This document shows, one piece after another, positions 1 through 14,089 of a stretch of 64,000 bases of DNA (the stretch's first letter is position 1; each line of letters starts with the position of its first letter). This stretch comes from Eledone cirrhosa (taxonomy: Eukaryota). The position numbers and the translations under genes are program-made. The DNA is taken from positions 197,001-261,000 of the forward strand of contig CAXHJY010000031.1 of the NCBI GenBank assembly GCA_964016885.1. The letters run 5' to 3'. The notes under the pieces are model-generated. The model was not told where the DNA came from, did not search any database, and saw only the letters and a list, made by a program, of their open reading frames with translations.

Positions 1-159
1 TGCCCCGGGGAGGACTGTTTCCCACAGCGTGGGTTGGTTGTTGGTGATGTCTCGGTGATCCTGAGACGGAGTGAGGAGGGTGTTTATAGGTAAATAGATA
101 GACTGATGCACAGATATCTGGATAGATTGATAGAGAGATAGATATATAGAGAGCATCAT

Positions 160-637
160 TATCATCGTCTGTTCATCATTTTACGTCCGCTTTTCCCTGC
201 TTGAAAGGGTGGGACAGGTCCTCTTGAGCAAAGCATCTCTTCACTTGTCACGGTCCTTCGTCATCTCCTTGGTGAGTTTCAGCGATCTGAAGTCGGCTCT
301 CACCACCTCCACCCATGTTTTTCGTGGTCTTCCTCTACTGCGTCTCCCTTCTTTACCCAGCGCTCAACCTCCATGCGCATCACATGCCCATACCATCTCA
401 GTCCTCTCTTGCACACCACAACTTATCCCTCTTAAACACAGTTTCTCTCTCAACTCGTTTATGCTTGGTCGTTCCCGCACATTGACATTGCACATCCAAC
501 GGAGCGTGCTTGCTTCATTTCTCTCCAGCCATCGCATACCCTCTGCAGTTGCTGTCCATGTTTCACTACCATGCAGGGTCGCACATCTCGCATAGGCATC
601 ATGTAACCACACTTTCGTACGCATATATATATTTGTA

Positions 638-680
<43 letters not shown>

Positions 681-3040
681 ATGTATATATATGTATGTAT
701 ATATTTGTCCTGGGTATGACATTAAACTACATCCAGTGGCAAGGCTCAAGTTCAGGAGGAACTGTGGGGAACATGGAGTTACCCCCTTAGTTGTCATAAC
801 TCCCAGGTCTGCTCTGGCCTGGTGTAGTAGTACCTGTTGGGGCCCCATTTATAGGTTAAATAATAAGATGACAGATCGGCGTACCCTATCAAAGGCCTTC
901 TCTAGGTCAACAAAGGCTAAGTATAGTGGCTTATTTTTCTCTAAGAACCTCTCTTGTAATTGTCTCATCAAGAAGAGGGCATCTGTTGTACTATTCCCAG
1001 GCACAAAACCAAACTGCATCTCATCTAGTTTGACCCTTTCTCTAATTAGTTGTGCTAATATCCTTTCTGCCACTTTCATAACCTGATCCATCAGTTTTAT
1101 ATCCCTATAATTTCTCCTCTCAAGAGCGTCCCCTTTACTTTTGCACTAGTCTTTGGGTATGACACTGCCATATATAGCCTGATTGATGATGTGTGCAACC
1201 AGTTTAGTGCCTACGTCCCCTGAGGCCTTCAGCATCTCAGCAACTATCTCCGATGGTCCAGCAGCCTCACCATTTTTCAATTCCTTAATCGCCTCTTGGA
1301 CCCTATATTCGTTAATCTCAATTTTAAATGGACCTCTTGATAAGACGAAATGACCTGTATAATTTTTTTTTCATATTTAGATGGAATAGAAGAAAAAGAA
1401 GAGAAATGAAAGCAATGAAATTAAGTTTTAGAGAAAATATACGCCAACGACAATGGAGGTATGATTTCAGTTTAATCTTAACCTAATGACCACTTTACAG
1501 AGTGTACTGGGTGTGTCTTACCTCGCTATGTTTACTGTAAACCCTAGATAACGAATGCCTTGTTGAGTGTTGTGAATTGTGAACGTGAGGTTGTGTTGTG
1601 GGGTTGCTTGGTGAGGTTGCATAAGAAGGGTGTTGTGAGTTTGCATTATGATGTAGCTTTGTGAGGCTTTGTTGTGAATTGATAAATATTTGAAAACACA
1701 CCTCTGTCCCCTCAACAGTCAGTCAGTCATTTTCTACTAAAACTCATTGATGCGAGTCCCTAGCATTGTATCTGTAAGTACATTATGACTATTTTCTCTT
1801 GGTGGACTTGACATTCAAAGATATTTGTATATATTTTGTTGATGTTGTTTGTTAGTTAGGAAATTGCTTAAAAGCTACTTTGATCACAGCACTTTGTAAA
1901 GGCAACATATGTTTAAGATTCTTTTTTTCTTTTATTTTTGTTATTCAGATGACAGAGAAGGCAAAGAAAGGCACAGAAGAAAAGAACAATGACGATTATT
2001 ATTATTATTATTACTATTATTATTTGTTTTATTATAATCAAAATATGCTGTTAGTTTGCCTGCTATCCCACTACGTGCCTGCTATCGCACTCGATCTTTT
2101 GTGTACGTTTTATATAATTTATGCCAGTTCCGTTTCTGCATATCGAACATGGCCATTTCCCTGACGGAATAGAGTTTTGTCCTCTTTTCTACTCATCAAC
2201 ACTCATTCGTGACACAAAGTACAGCGGCATCATTGCGGACAGACTTAATCCCGATTTGCACTGACACACTGCCTTGCAGTACGGAACAGCGCACGTCGTC
2301 GAGCAGCCTCCTTGCATGCTAAGTACACCTGACGTCTAGCTTCTCTCTTAGCGGCTGTATATTCTTCTCTACTCGCACTAATTTTGCAAGCATTCCATGC
2401 TAGTCTTTAGTCTCCAATGGCCCGATCTACCGTGCTGTCCCACCACCATGTCACTCTCTGTCTGGTTGGAACTCTGATCCAGCCACAAGTTTCATCAGTA
2501 ACCTGCAGTAAGGTATCGCATAAGAAATTCCAGTTATCATCTATGTTGTACGACTCTAAATCGTCTTCTTTTTCATCATACACATATTGAAGGGCTTTCC
2601 TAAATTTGTATTTTAGTGAGAGCTCTTTTAGCTTCCAGACCTTTCTTTTTTCCACACCTTCCTGTATGTCTCATTCAGTCTCTTGCTTAATGAGATATCA
2701 CTAACGACTAACCTATGCTGTGGGGTACATTCTTCCCCGGGGTATGCCTTTGCATTTGACACCATCTGCCTGTCCCGCTGCCTAACTAGCAAGAAGTCAA
2801 TCTGGCTTATGTGCTTGCCTGATTTGTAGGTTATTAGGTGGTTGGCAGATTTGTGTAAGTTAGTGTTGTAGATGGTTAGTGCAATTGCATTGCAAAATTC
2901 AAGAAGTTTCACTGCTTCATTTCTTAAGCCGTAAGTGTGCCCAACATGTACCTCAGTGTAACCATCGTAGAGCTGTCCAACATGACCATTGAAATCCCCT
3001 GCTAGCATAACGATGTCTCCGTCCTGTCATTGTGGCTGTT
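160..3040 (-). mobile_element. Decayed, internally deleted RTE-clade non-LTR retrotransposon (APE endonuclease + RT fragments), unit 1
   Basis: Minus-strand peptides LAGDFNGHVG, SQIDFLLV and HRLVVSDI (APE endonuclease, 2628-3008); QFGFVPG, TTDALF and LYLAFVDLEKAFDRV (RT, 849-1091); HGSETW and LRWMCNV (C-terminal region, 364-624); (ATG)n-like tail near 160-180. Broken by stops, frameshifts and insertions. Confidence 0.9.
706..865 (+). mobile_element. Short interspersed repeat inserted in the RTE (present in each array unit; related copy at 19323-19486)
   Basis: TGTCCTGGGTATGACATTAAACTACATCCAGTG...CTCCCAGGTCTGCTCTGGCC...GGGCCCCATTTAT recurs, diverged, at 19323. It interrupts RT-coding sequence. 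Confidence 0.75.
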
Positions 3041-3105
3041 TGTAAAAATTGCTTGTAAATGCAGAATTTCTTGTCTTTACCTAGCAGCAGTTTCTTGCTC
3101 TCAAT

Positions 3106-3159
3106 TAACCCTAAAACTAGCCGTAACGCTAACAGTAACACTAACCGTAACACTAACTT
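3106..3159 (+). repeat. Degenerate (TAACCC)n-like hexamer run, 9 units (also at +3362, +6724, +10086)
   Basis: TAACCC TAAAAC TAGCCG TAACGC TAACAG TAACAC TAACCG TAACAC TAACTT. Confidence 0.75.
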
Positions 3160-3189
3160 ATGCAGGCCTAGGTAAAGACGAGAAAGATA

Positions 3190-3425
3190 AAACAAGGAGT
3201 GATGCTATTTGAATTTTGTGATGCAAGTGTTTTAACCATTTGCAAAACCAACTTCCGCAAACCTGCCAACTGCCTAATAACCTACAAATTAGGCAAGCAC
3301 AGAAGCCGGATTTCTCGGTAGTTAGGCAGCGAGACAGACAGATGGTGTGAAGTACCAGGGTGTGCCCCGGGGAGGACTGTTTCCCACAGCGTGGGTTGGT
3401 TGTTGGTGATGTCTCGGTGATCCTG
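3190..3425 (+). mobile_element. Second RTE endonuclease fragment in opposite orientation (in each unit)
   Basis: Diverged reverse-complement homolog of ~2690-2920, e.g. CTAATAACCTACAAATTAGGCAAGCACA vs TGTGCTTGCCTGATTTGTAGGTTATTAG. Confidence 0.8.
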
Positions 3426-3521
3426 AGACGGAGTGAGGAGGGTGTTTATAGGTAAATAGATAGACTGATGCACAGATATCTGGATAGATTGATAGAGAGA
3501 TAGATATATAGAGAGCATCAT

Positions 3522-3999
3522 TATCATCGTCTGTTCATCATTTTACGTCCGCTTTTCCCTGCTTGAAAGGGTGGGACAGGTCCTCTTGAGCAAAGCATCT
3601 CTTCACTTGTCACGGTCCTTCGTCATCTCCTTGGTGAGTTTCAGCGATCTGAAGTCGGCTCTCACCACCTCCACCCATGTTTTTCGTGGTCTTCCTCTAC
3701 TGCGTCTCCCTTCTTTACCCAGCGCTCAACCTCCATGCGCATCACATGCCCATACCATCTCAGTCCTCTCTTGCACACCACAACTTATCCCTCTTAAACA
3801 CAGTTTCTCTCTCAACTCGTTTATGCTTGGTCGTTCCCGCACATTGACATTGCACATCCAACGGAGCGTGCTTGCTTCATTTCTCTCCAGCCATCGCATA
3901 CCCTCTGCAGTTGCTGTCCATGTTTCACTACCATGCAGGGTCGCACATCTCGCATAGGCATCATGTAACCACACTTTCGTACGCATATATATATTTGTA

Positions 4000-4042
<43 letters not shown>

Positions 4043-6402
4043 ATGTATATATATGTATGTATATATTTGTCCTGGGTATGACATTAAACTACATCCAGTG
4101 GCAAGGCTCAAGTTCAGGAGGAACTGTGGGGAACATGGAGTTACCCCCTTAGTTGTCATAACTCCCAGGTCTGCTCTGGCCTGGTGTAGTAGTACCTGTT
4201 GGGGCCCCATTTATAGGTTAAATAATAAGATGACAGATCGGCGTACCCTATCAAAGGCCTTCTCTAGGTCAACAAAGGCTAAGTATAGTGGCTTATTTTT
4301 CTCTAAGAACCTCTCTTGTAATTGTCTCATCAAGAAGAGGGCATCTGTTGTACTATTCCCAGGCACAAAACCAAACTGCATCTCATCTAGTTTGACCCTT
4401 TCTCTAATTAGTTGTGCTAATATCCTTTCTGCCACTTTCATAACCTGATCCATCAGTTTTATATCCCTATAATTTCTCCTCTCAAGAGCGTCCCCTTTAC
4501 TTTTGCACTAGTCTTTGGGTATGACACTGCCATATATAGCCTGATTGATGATGTGTGCAACCAGTTTAGTGCCTACGTCCCCTGAGGCCTTCAGCATCTC
4601 AGCAACTATCTCCGATGGTCCAGCAGCCTCACCATTTTTCAATTCCTTAATCGCCTCTTGGACCCTATATTCGTTAATCTCAATTTTAAATGGACCTCTT
4701 GATAAGACGAAATGACCTGTATAATTTTTTTTTCATATTTAGATGGAATAGAAGAAAAAGAAGAGAAATGAAAGCAATGAAATTAAGTTTTAGAGAAAAT
4801 ATACGCCAACGACAATGGAGGTATGATTTCAGTTTAATCTTAACCTAATGACCACTTTACAGAGTGTACTGGGTGTGTCTTACCTCGCTATGTTTACTGT
4901 AAACCCTAGATAACGAATGCCTTGTTGAGTGTTGTGAATTGTGAACGTGAGGTTGTGTTGTGGGGTTGCTTGGTGAGGTTGCATAAGAAGGGTGTTGTGA
5001 GTTTGCATTATGATGTAGCTTTGTGAGGCTTTGTTGTGAATTGATAAATATTTGAAAACACACCTCTGTCCCCTCAACAGTCAGTCAGTCATTTTCTACT
5101 AAAACTCATTGATGCGAGTCCCTAGCATTGTATCTGTAAGTACATTATGACTATTTTCTCTTGGTGGACTTGACATTCAAAGATATTTGTATATATTTTG
5201 TTGATGTTGTTTGTTAGTTAGGAAATTGCTTAAAAGCTACTTTGATCACAGCACTTTGTAAAGGCAACATATGTTTAAGATTCTTTTTTTCTTTTATTTT
5301 TGTTATTCAGATGACAGAGAAGGCAAAGAAAGGCACAGAAGAAAAGAACAATGACGATTATTATTATTATTATTACTATTATTATTTGTTTTATTATAAT
5401 CAAAATATGCTGTTAGTTTGCCTGCTATCCCACTACGTGCCTGCTATCGCACTCGATCTTTTGTGTACGTTTTATATAATTTATGCCAGTTCCGTTTCTG
5501 CATATCGAACATGGCCATTTCCCTGACGGAATAGAGTTTTGTCCTCTTTTCTACTCATCAACACTCATTCGTGACACAAAGTACAGCGGCATCATTGCGG
5601 ACAGACTTAATCCCGATTTGCACTGACACACTGCCTTGCAGTACGGAACAGCGCACGTCGTCGAGCAGCCTCCTTGCATGCTAAGTACACCTGACGTCTA
5701 GCTTCTCTCTTAGCGGCTGTATATTCTTCTCTACTCGCACTAATTTTGCAAGCATTCCATGCTAGTCTTTAGTCTCCAATGGCCCGATCTACCGTGCTGT
5801 CCCACCACCATGTCACTCTCTGTCTGGTTGGAACTCTGATCCAGCCACAAGTTTCATCAGTAACCTGCAGTAAGGTATCGCATAAGAAATTCCAGTTATC
5901 ATCTATGTTGTACGACTCTAAATCGTCTTCTTTTTCATCATACACATATTGAAGGGCTTTCCTAAATTTGTATTTTAGTGAGAGCTCTTTTAGCTTCCAG
6001 ACCTTTCTTTTTTCCACACCTTCCTGTATGTCTCATTCAGTCTCTTGCTTAATGAGATATCACTAACGACTAACCTATGCTGTGGGGTACATTCTTCCCC
6101 GGGGTATGCCTTTGCATTTGACACCATCTGCCTGTCCCGCTGCCTAACTAGCAAGAAGTCAATCTGGCTTATGTGCTTGCCTGATTTGTAGGTTATTAGG
6201 TGGTTGGCAGATTTGTGTAAGTTAGTGTTGTAGATGGTTAGTGCAATTGCATTGCAAAATTCAAGAAGTTTCACTGCTTCATTTCTTAAGCCGTAAGTGT
6301 GCCCAACATGTACCTCAGTGTAACCATCGTAGAGCTGTCCAACATGACCATTGAAATCCCCTGCTAGCATAACGATGTCTCCGTCCTGTCATTGTGGCTG
6401 TT
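3522..6402 (-). mobile_element. Decayed RTE-clade LINE, unit 2
   Basis: Same ORF fragments at +3362. Confidence 0.9.
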
Positions 6403-6883
6403 TGTAAAAATTGCTTGTAAATGCAGAATTTCTTGTCTTTACCTAGCAGCAGTTTCTTGCTCTCAATTAACCCTAAAACTAGCCGTAACGCTAACAGTAA
6501 CACTAACCGTAACACTAACTTATGCAGGCCTAGGTAAAGACGAGAAAGATAAAACAAGGAGTGATGCTATTTGAATTTTGTGATGCAAGTGTTTTAACCA
6601 TTTGCAAAACCAACTTCCGCAAACCTGCCAACTGCCTAATAACCTACAAATTAGGCAAGCACAGAAGCCGGATTTCTCGGTAGTTAGGCAGCGAGACAGA
6701 CAGATGGTGTGAAGTACCAGGGTGTGCCCCGGGGAGGACTGTTTCCCACAGCGTGGGTTGGTTGTTGGTGATGTCTCGGTGATCCTGAGACGGAGTGAGG
6801 AGGGTGTTTATAGGTAAATAGATAGACTGATGCACAGATATCTGGATAGATTGATAGAGAGATAGATATATAGAGAGCATCAT

Positions 6884-7361
6884 TATCATCGTCTGTTCAT
6901 CATTTTACGTCCGCTTTTCCCTGCTTGAAAGGGTGGGACAGGTCCTCTTGAGCAAAGCATCTCTTCACTTGTCACGGTCCTTCGTCATCTCCTTGGTGAG
7001 TTTCAGCGATCTGAAGTCGGCTCTCACCACCTCCACCCATGTTTTTCGTGGTCTTCCTCTACTGCGTCTCCCTTCTTTACCCAGCGCTCAACCTCCATGC
7101 GCATCACATGCCCATACCATCTCAGTCCTCTCTTGCACACCACAACTTATCCCTCTTAAACACAGTTTCTCTCTCAACTCGTTTATGCTTGGTCGTTCCC
7201 GCACATTGACATTGCACATCCAACGGAGCGTGCTTGCTTCATTTCTCTCCAGCCATCGCATACCCTCTGCAGTTGCTGTCCATGTTTCACTACCATGCAG
7301 GGTCGCACATCTCGCATAGGCATCATGTAACCACACTTTCGTACGCATATATATATTTGTA

Positions 7362-7404
<43 letters not shown>

Positions 7405-9764
7405 ATGTATATATATGTATGTATATATTTGTCCTGGGTATGACATTAAACTACATCCAGTGGCAAGGCTCAAGTTCAGGAGGAACTGTGGGGAACATGG
7501 AGTTACCCCCTTAGTTGTCATAACTCCCAGGTCTGCTCTGGCCTGGTGTAGTAGTACCTGTTGGGGCCCCATTTATAGGTTAAATAATAAGATGACAGAT
7601 CGGCGTACCCTATCAAAGGCCTTCTCTAGGTCAACAAAGGCTAAGTATAGTGGCTTATTTTTCTCTAAGAACCTCTCTTGTAATTGTCTCATCAAGAAGA
7701 GGGCATCTGTTGTACTATTCCCAGGCACAAAACCAAACTGCATCTCATCTAGTTTGACCCTTTCTCTAATTAGTTGTGCTAATATCCTTTCTGCCACTTT
7801 CATAACCTGATCCATCAGTTTTATATCCCTATAATTTCTCCTCTCAAGAGCGTCCCCTTTACTTTTGCACTAGTCTTTGGGTATGACACTGCCATATATA
7901 GCCTGATTGATGATGTGTGCAACCAGTTTAGTGCCTACGTCCCCTGAGGCCTTCAGCATCTCAGCAACTATCTCCGATGGTCCAGCAGCCTCACCATTTT
8001 TCAATTCCTTAATCGCCTCTTGGACCCTATATTCGTTAATCTCAATTTTAAATGGACCTCTTGATAAGACGAAATGACCTGTATAATTTTTTTTTCATAT
8101 TTAGATGGAATAGAAGAAAAAGAAGAGAAATGAAAGCAATGAAATTAAGTTTTAGAGAAAATATACGCCAACGACAATGGAGGTATGATTTCAGTTTAAT
8201 CTTAACCTAATGACCACTTTACAGAGTGTACTGGGTGTGTCTTACCTCGCTATGTTTACTGTAAACCCTAGATAACGAATGCCTTGTTGAGTGTTGTGAA
8301 TTGTGAACGTGAGGTTGTGTTGTGGGGTTGCTTGGTGAGGTTGCATAAGAAGGGTGTTGTGAGTTTGCATTATGATGTAGCTTTGTGAGGCTTTGTTGTG
8401 AATTGATAAATATTTGAAAACACACCTCTGTCCCCTCAACAGTCAGTCAGTCATTTTCTACTAAAACTCATTGATGCGAGTCCCTAGCATTGTATCTGTA
8501 AGTACATTATGACTATTTTCTCTTGGTGGACTTGACATTCAAAGATATTTGTATATATTTTGTTGATGTTGTTTGTTAGTTAGGAAATTGCTTAAAAGCT
8601 ACTTTGATCACAGCACTTTGTAAAGGCAACATATGTTTAAGATTCTTTTTTTCTTTTATTTTTGTTATTCAGATGACAGAGAAGGCAAAGAAAGGCACAG
8701 AAGAAAAGAACAATGACGATTATTATTATTATTATTACTATTATTATTTGTTTTATTATAATCAAAATATGCTGTTAGTTTGCCTGCTATCCCACTACGT
8801 GCCTGCTATCGCACTCGATCTTTTGTGTACGTTTTATATAATTTATGCCAGTTCCGTTTCTGCATATCGAACATGGCCATTTCCCTGACGGAATAGAGTT
8901 TTGTCCTCTTTTCTACTCATCAACACTCATTCGTGACACAAAGTACAGCGGCATCATTGCGGACAGACTTAATCCCGATTTGCACTGACACACTGCCTTG
9001 CAGTACGGAACAGCGCACGTCGTCGAGCAGCCTCCTTGCATGCTAAGTACACCTGACGTCTAGCTTCTCTCTTAGCGGCTGTATATTCTTCTCTACTCGC
9101 ACTAATTTTGCAAGCATTCCATGCTAGTCTTTAGTCTCCAATGGCCCGATCTACCGTGCTGTCCCACCACCATGTCACTCTCTGTCTGGTTGGAACTCTG
9201 ATCCAGCCACAAGTTTCATCAGTAACCTGCAGTAAGGTATCGCATAAGAAATTCCAGTTATCATCTATGTTGTACGACTCTAAATCGTCTTCTTTTTCAT
9301 CATACACATATTGAAGGGCTTTCCTAAATTTGTATTTTAGTGAGAGCTCTTTTAGCTTCCAGACCTTTCTTTTTTCCACACCTTCCTGTATGTCTCATTC
9401 AGTCTCTTGCTTAATGAGATATCACTAACGACTAACCTATGCTGTGGGGTACATTCTTCCCCGGGGTATGCCTTTGCATTTGACACCATCTGCCTGTCCC
9501 GCTGCCTAACTAGCAAGAAGTCAATCTGGCTTATGTGCTTGCCTGATTTGTAGGTTATTAGGTGGTTGGCAGATTTGTGTAAGTTAGTGTTGTAGATGGT
9601 TAGTGCAATTGCATTGCAAAATTCAAGAAGTTTCACTGCTTCATTTCTTAAGCCGTAAGTGTGCCCAACATGTACCTCAGTGTAACCATCGTAGAGCTGT
9701 CCAACATGACCATTGAAATCCCCTGCTAGCATAACGATGTCTCCGTCCTGTCATTGTGGCTGTT
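6884..9764 (-). mobile_element. Decayed RTE-clade LINE, unit 3
   Basis: Same ORF fragments at +6724. Confidence 0.9.
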
Positions 9765-10245
9765 TGTAAAAATTGCTTGTAAATGCAGAATTTCTTGTCT
9801 TTACCTAGCAGCAGTTTCTTGCTCTCAATTAACCCTAAAACTAGCCGTAACGCTAACAGTAACACTAACCGTAACACTAACTTATGCAGGCCTAGGTAAA
9901 GACGAGAAAGATAAAACAAGGAGTGATGCTATTTGAATTTTGTGATGCAAGTGTTTTAACCATTTGCAAAACCAACTTCCGCAAACCTGCCAACTGCCTA
10001 ATAACCTACAAATTAGGCAAGCACAGAAGCCGGATTTCTCGGTAGTTAGGCAGCGAGACAGACAGATGGTGTGAAGTACCAGGGTGTGCCCCGGGGAGGA
10101 CTGTTTCCCACAGCGTGGGTTGGTTGTTGGTGATGTCTCGGTGATCCTGAGACGGAGTGAGGAGGGTGTTTATAGGTAAATAGATAGACTGATGCACAGA
10201 TATCTGGATAGATTGATAGAGAGATAGATATATAGAGAGCATCAT

Positions 10246-10723
10246 TATCATCGTCTGTTCATCATTTTACGTCCGCTTTTCCCTGCTTGAAAGGGTGGGA
10301 CAGGTCCTCTTGAGCAAAGCATCTCTTCACTTGTCACGGTCCTTCGTCATCTCCTTGGTGAGTTTCAGCGATCTGAAGTCGGCTCTCACCACCTCCACCC
10401 ATGTTTTTCGTGGTCTTCCTCTACTGCGTCTCCCTTCTTTACCCAGCGCTCAACCTCCATGCGCATCACATGCCCATACCATCTCAGTCCTCTCTTGCAC
10501 ACCACAACTTATCCCTCTTAAACACAGTTTCTCTCTCAACTCGTTTATGCTTGGTCGTTCCCGCACATTGACATTGCACATCCAACGGAGCGTGCTTGCT
10601 TCATTTCTCTCCAGCCATCGCATACCCTCTGCAGTTGCTGTCCATGTTTCACTACCATGCAGGGTCGCACATCTCGCATAGGCATCATGTAACCACACTT
10701 TCGTACGCATATATATATTTGTA

Positions 10724-10766
<43 letters not shown>

Positions 10767-13126
10767 ATGTATATATATGTATGTATATATTTGTCCTGGG
10801 TATGACATTAAACTACATCCAGTGGCAAGGCTCAAGTTCAGGAGGAACTGTGGGGAACATGGAGTTACCCCCTTAGTTGTCATAACTCCCAGGTCTGCTC
10901 TGGCCTGGTGTAGTAGTACCTGTTGGGGCCCCATTTATAGGTTAAATAATAAGATGACAGATCGGCGTACCCTATCAAAGGCCTTCTCTAGGTCAACAAA
11001 GGCTAAGTATAGTGGCTTATTTTTCTCTAAGAACCTCTCTTGTAATTGTCTCATCAAGAAGAGGGCATCTGTTGTACTATTCCCAGGCACAAAACCAAAC
11101 TGCATCTCATCTAGTTTGACCCTTTCTCTAATTAGTTGTGCTAATATCCTTTCTGCCACTTTCATAACCTGATCCATCAGTTTTATATCCCTATAATTTC
11201 TCCTCTCAAGAGCGTCCCCTTTACTTTTGCACTAGTCTTTGGGTATGACACTGCCATATATAGCCTGATTGATGATGTGTGCAACCAGTTTAGTGCCTAC
11301 GTCCCCTGAGGCCTTCAGCATCTCAGCAACTATCTCCGATGGTCCAGCAGCCTCACCATTTTTCAATTCCTTAATCGCCTCTTGGACCCTATATTCGTTA
11401 ATCTCAATTTTAAATGGACCTCTTGATAAGACGAAATGACCTGTATAATTTTTTTTTCATATTTAGATGGAATAGAAGAAAAAGAAGAGAAATGAAAGCA
11501 ATGAAATTAAGTTTTAGAGAAAATATACGCCAACGACAATGGAGGTATGATTTCAGTTTAATCTTAACCTAATGACCACTTTACAGAGTGTACTGGGTGT
11601 GTCTTACCTCGCTATGTTTACTGTAAACCCTAGATAACGAATGCCTTGTTGAGTGTTGTGAATTGTGAACGTGAGGTTGTGTTGTGGGGTTGCTTGGTGA
11701 GGTTGCATAAGAAGGGTGTTGTGAGTTTGCATTATGATGTAGCTTTGTGAGGCTTTGTTGTGAATTGATAAATATTTGAAAACACACCTCTGTCCCCTCA
11801 ACAGTCAGTCAGTCATTTTCTACTAAAACTCATTGATGCGAGTCCCTAGCATTGTATCTGTAAGTACATTATGACTATTTTCTCTTGGTGGACTTGACAT
11901 TCAAAGATATTTGTATATATTTTGTTGATGTTGTTTGTTAGTTAGGAAATTGCTTAAAAGCTACTTTGATCACAGCACTTTGTAAAGGCAACATATGTTT
12001 AAGATTCTTTTTTTCTTTTATTTTTGTTATTCAGATGACAGAGAAGGCAAAGAAAGGCACAGAAGAAAAGAACAATGACGATTATTATTATTATTATTAC
12101 TATTATTATTTGTTTTATTATAATCAAAATATGCTGTTAGTTTGCCTGCTATCCCACTACGTGCCTGCTATCGCACTCGATCTTTTGTGTACGTTTTATA
12201 TAATTTATGCCAGTTCCGTTTCTGCATATCGAACATGGCCATTTCCCTGACGGAATAGAGTTTTGTCCTCTTTTCTACTCATCAACACTCATTCGTGACA
12301 CAAAGTACAGCGGCATCATTGCGGACAGACTTAATCCCGATTTGCACTGACACACTGCCTTGCAGTACGGAACAGCGCACGTCGTCGAGCAGCCTCCTTG
12401 CATGCTAAGTACACCTGACGTCTAGCTTCTCTCTTAGCGGCTGTATATTCTTCTCTACTCGCACTAATTTTGCAAGCATTCCATGCTAGTCTTTAGTCTC
12501 CAATGGCCCGATCTACCGTGCTGTCCCACCACCATGTCACTCTCTGTCTGGTTGGAACTCTGATCCAGCCACAAGTTTCATCAGTAACCTGCAGTAAGGT
12601 ATCGCATAAGAAATTCCAGTTATCATCTATGTTGTACGACTCTAAATCGTCTTCTTTTTCATCATACACATATTGAAGGGCTTTCCTAAATTTGTATTTT
12701 AGTGAGAGCTCTTTTAGCTTCCAGACCTTTCTTTTTTCCACACCTTCCTGTATGTCTCATTCAGTCTCTTGCTTAATGAGATATCACTAACGACTAACCT
12801 ATGCTGTGGGGTACATTCTTCCCCGGGGTATGCCTTTGCATTTGACACCATCTGCCTGTCCCGCTGCCTAACTAGCAAGAAGTCAATCTGGCTTATGTGC
12901 TTGCCTGATTTGTAGGTTATTAGGTGGTTGGCAGATTTGTGTAAGTTAGTGTTGTAGATGGTTAGTGCAATTGCATTGCAAAATTCAAGAAGTTTCACTG
13001 CTTCATTTCTTAAGCCGTAAGTGTGCCCAACATGTACCTCAGTGTAACCATCGTAGAGCTGTCCAACATGACCATTGAAATCCCCTGCTAGCATAACGAT
13101 GTCTCCGTCCTGTCATTGTGGCTGTT
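10246..13126 (-). mobile_element. Decayed RTE-clade LINE, unit 4
   Basis: Same ORF fragments at +10086. Confidence 0.9.
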
Positions 13127-14039
13127 TGTAAAAATTGCTTGTAAATGCAGAATTTCTTGTCTTTACCTAGCAGCAGTTTCTTGCTCTCAATTAACCCTAA
13201 AACTAGCCGTAACGCTAACAGTAACACTAACCGTAACACTAACTTATGCAGGCCTAGGTAAAGACGAGAAAGATAAAACAAGGAGTGATGCTATTTGAAT
13301 TTTGTGATGCAAGTGTTTTAACCATTTGCAAAACCAACTTCCGCAAACCTGCCAACTGCCTAATAACCTACAAATTAGGCAAGCACAGAAGCCGGATTTC
13401 TCGGTAGTTAGGCAGCGAGACAGACAGATGGTGTGAAGTACCAGGGTGTGCCCCGGGGAGGACTGTTTCCCACAGCGTGGGTTGGTTGTTGTTGATGTCT
13501 CGGTGATCCTGAGACGGAGTGAGGAGGGTGTTTATAGGTAAATAGATAGACTGATGCACAGATATCTGGATAGATTGATAGAGAGATAGATATATAGAGA
13601 GCATCATTATCATCGTCTGTTCATCATTTTACGTCCGCTTTTCCCTGCTTGAAAGGGTGGGACAGGTCCTCTTGAGCAAAGCATCTCTTCACTTGTCACG
13701 GTCCTTCGTCATCTCCTTGGTGAGTTTCAGCGATCTGAAGTCGGCTCTCACCACCTCCACCCATGTTTTTCGTGGTCTTCCTCTACTGCGTCTCCCTTCT
13801 TTACCCAGCGCTCAACCTCCATGCGCATCACATGTCCATACCATCTCAGTCCTCTCTTGCACACCACAACTTATCCCTCTTAAACACAGTTTCTCTCTCA
13901 ACTCGTTTATGCTTGGTCGTTCCCGCACATTGACATTGCACATCCAACGGAGCGTGCTTGCTTCATTTCTCTCCAGCCATCGCATACCCTCTGCAGTTGC
14001 TGTCCATGTCTCACTACCATGCAGCATCGCGCATCTCAC

Positions 14040-14073
<34 letters not shown>

Positions 14074-14089
14074 GTACATACATATATAT

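Larger units (their letters stand above)
1..14040. repeat. Tandem array of 3362-bp units (4 full copies plus a partial, diverged 5th; continues beyond the left edge)
   Basis: ORF track repeats with an exact 3362-bp offset (209/3571/6933/10295/13657). Similarity ends near 14040 at a (TG)n run. Confidence 0.97.

Noticed and set aside
1-14040. Head-to-tail array of telomere-maintaining retrotransposons (HeT-A/TART-like)
   Set aside because: Units are identical copies of one disrupted composite with shared stops and insertions, pointing to DNA-level amplification. A normal telomerase-type array is present.
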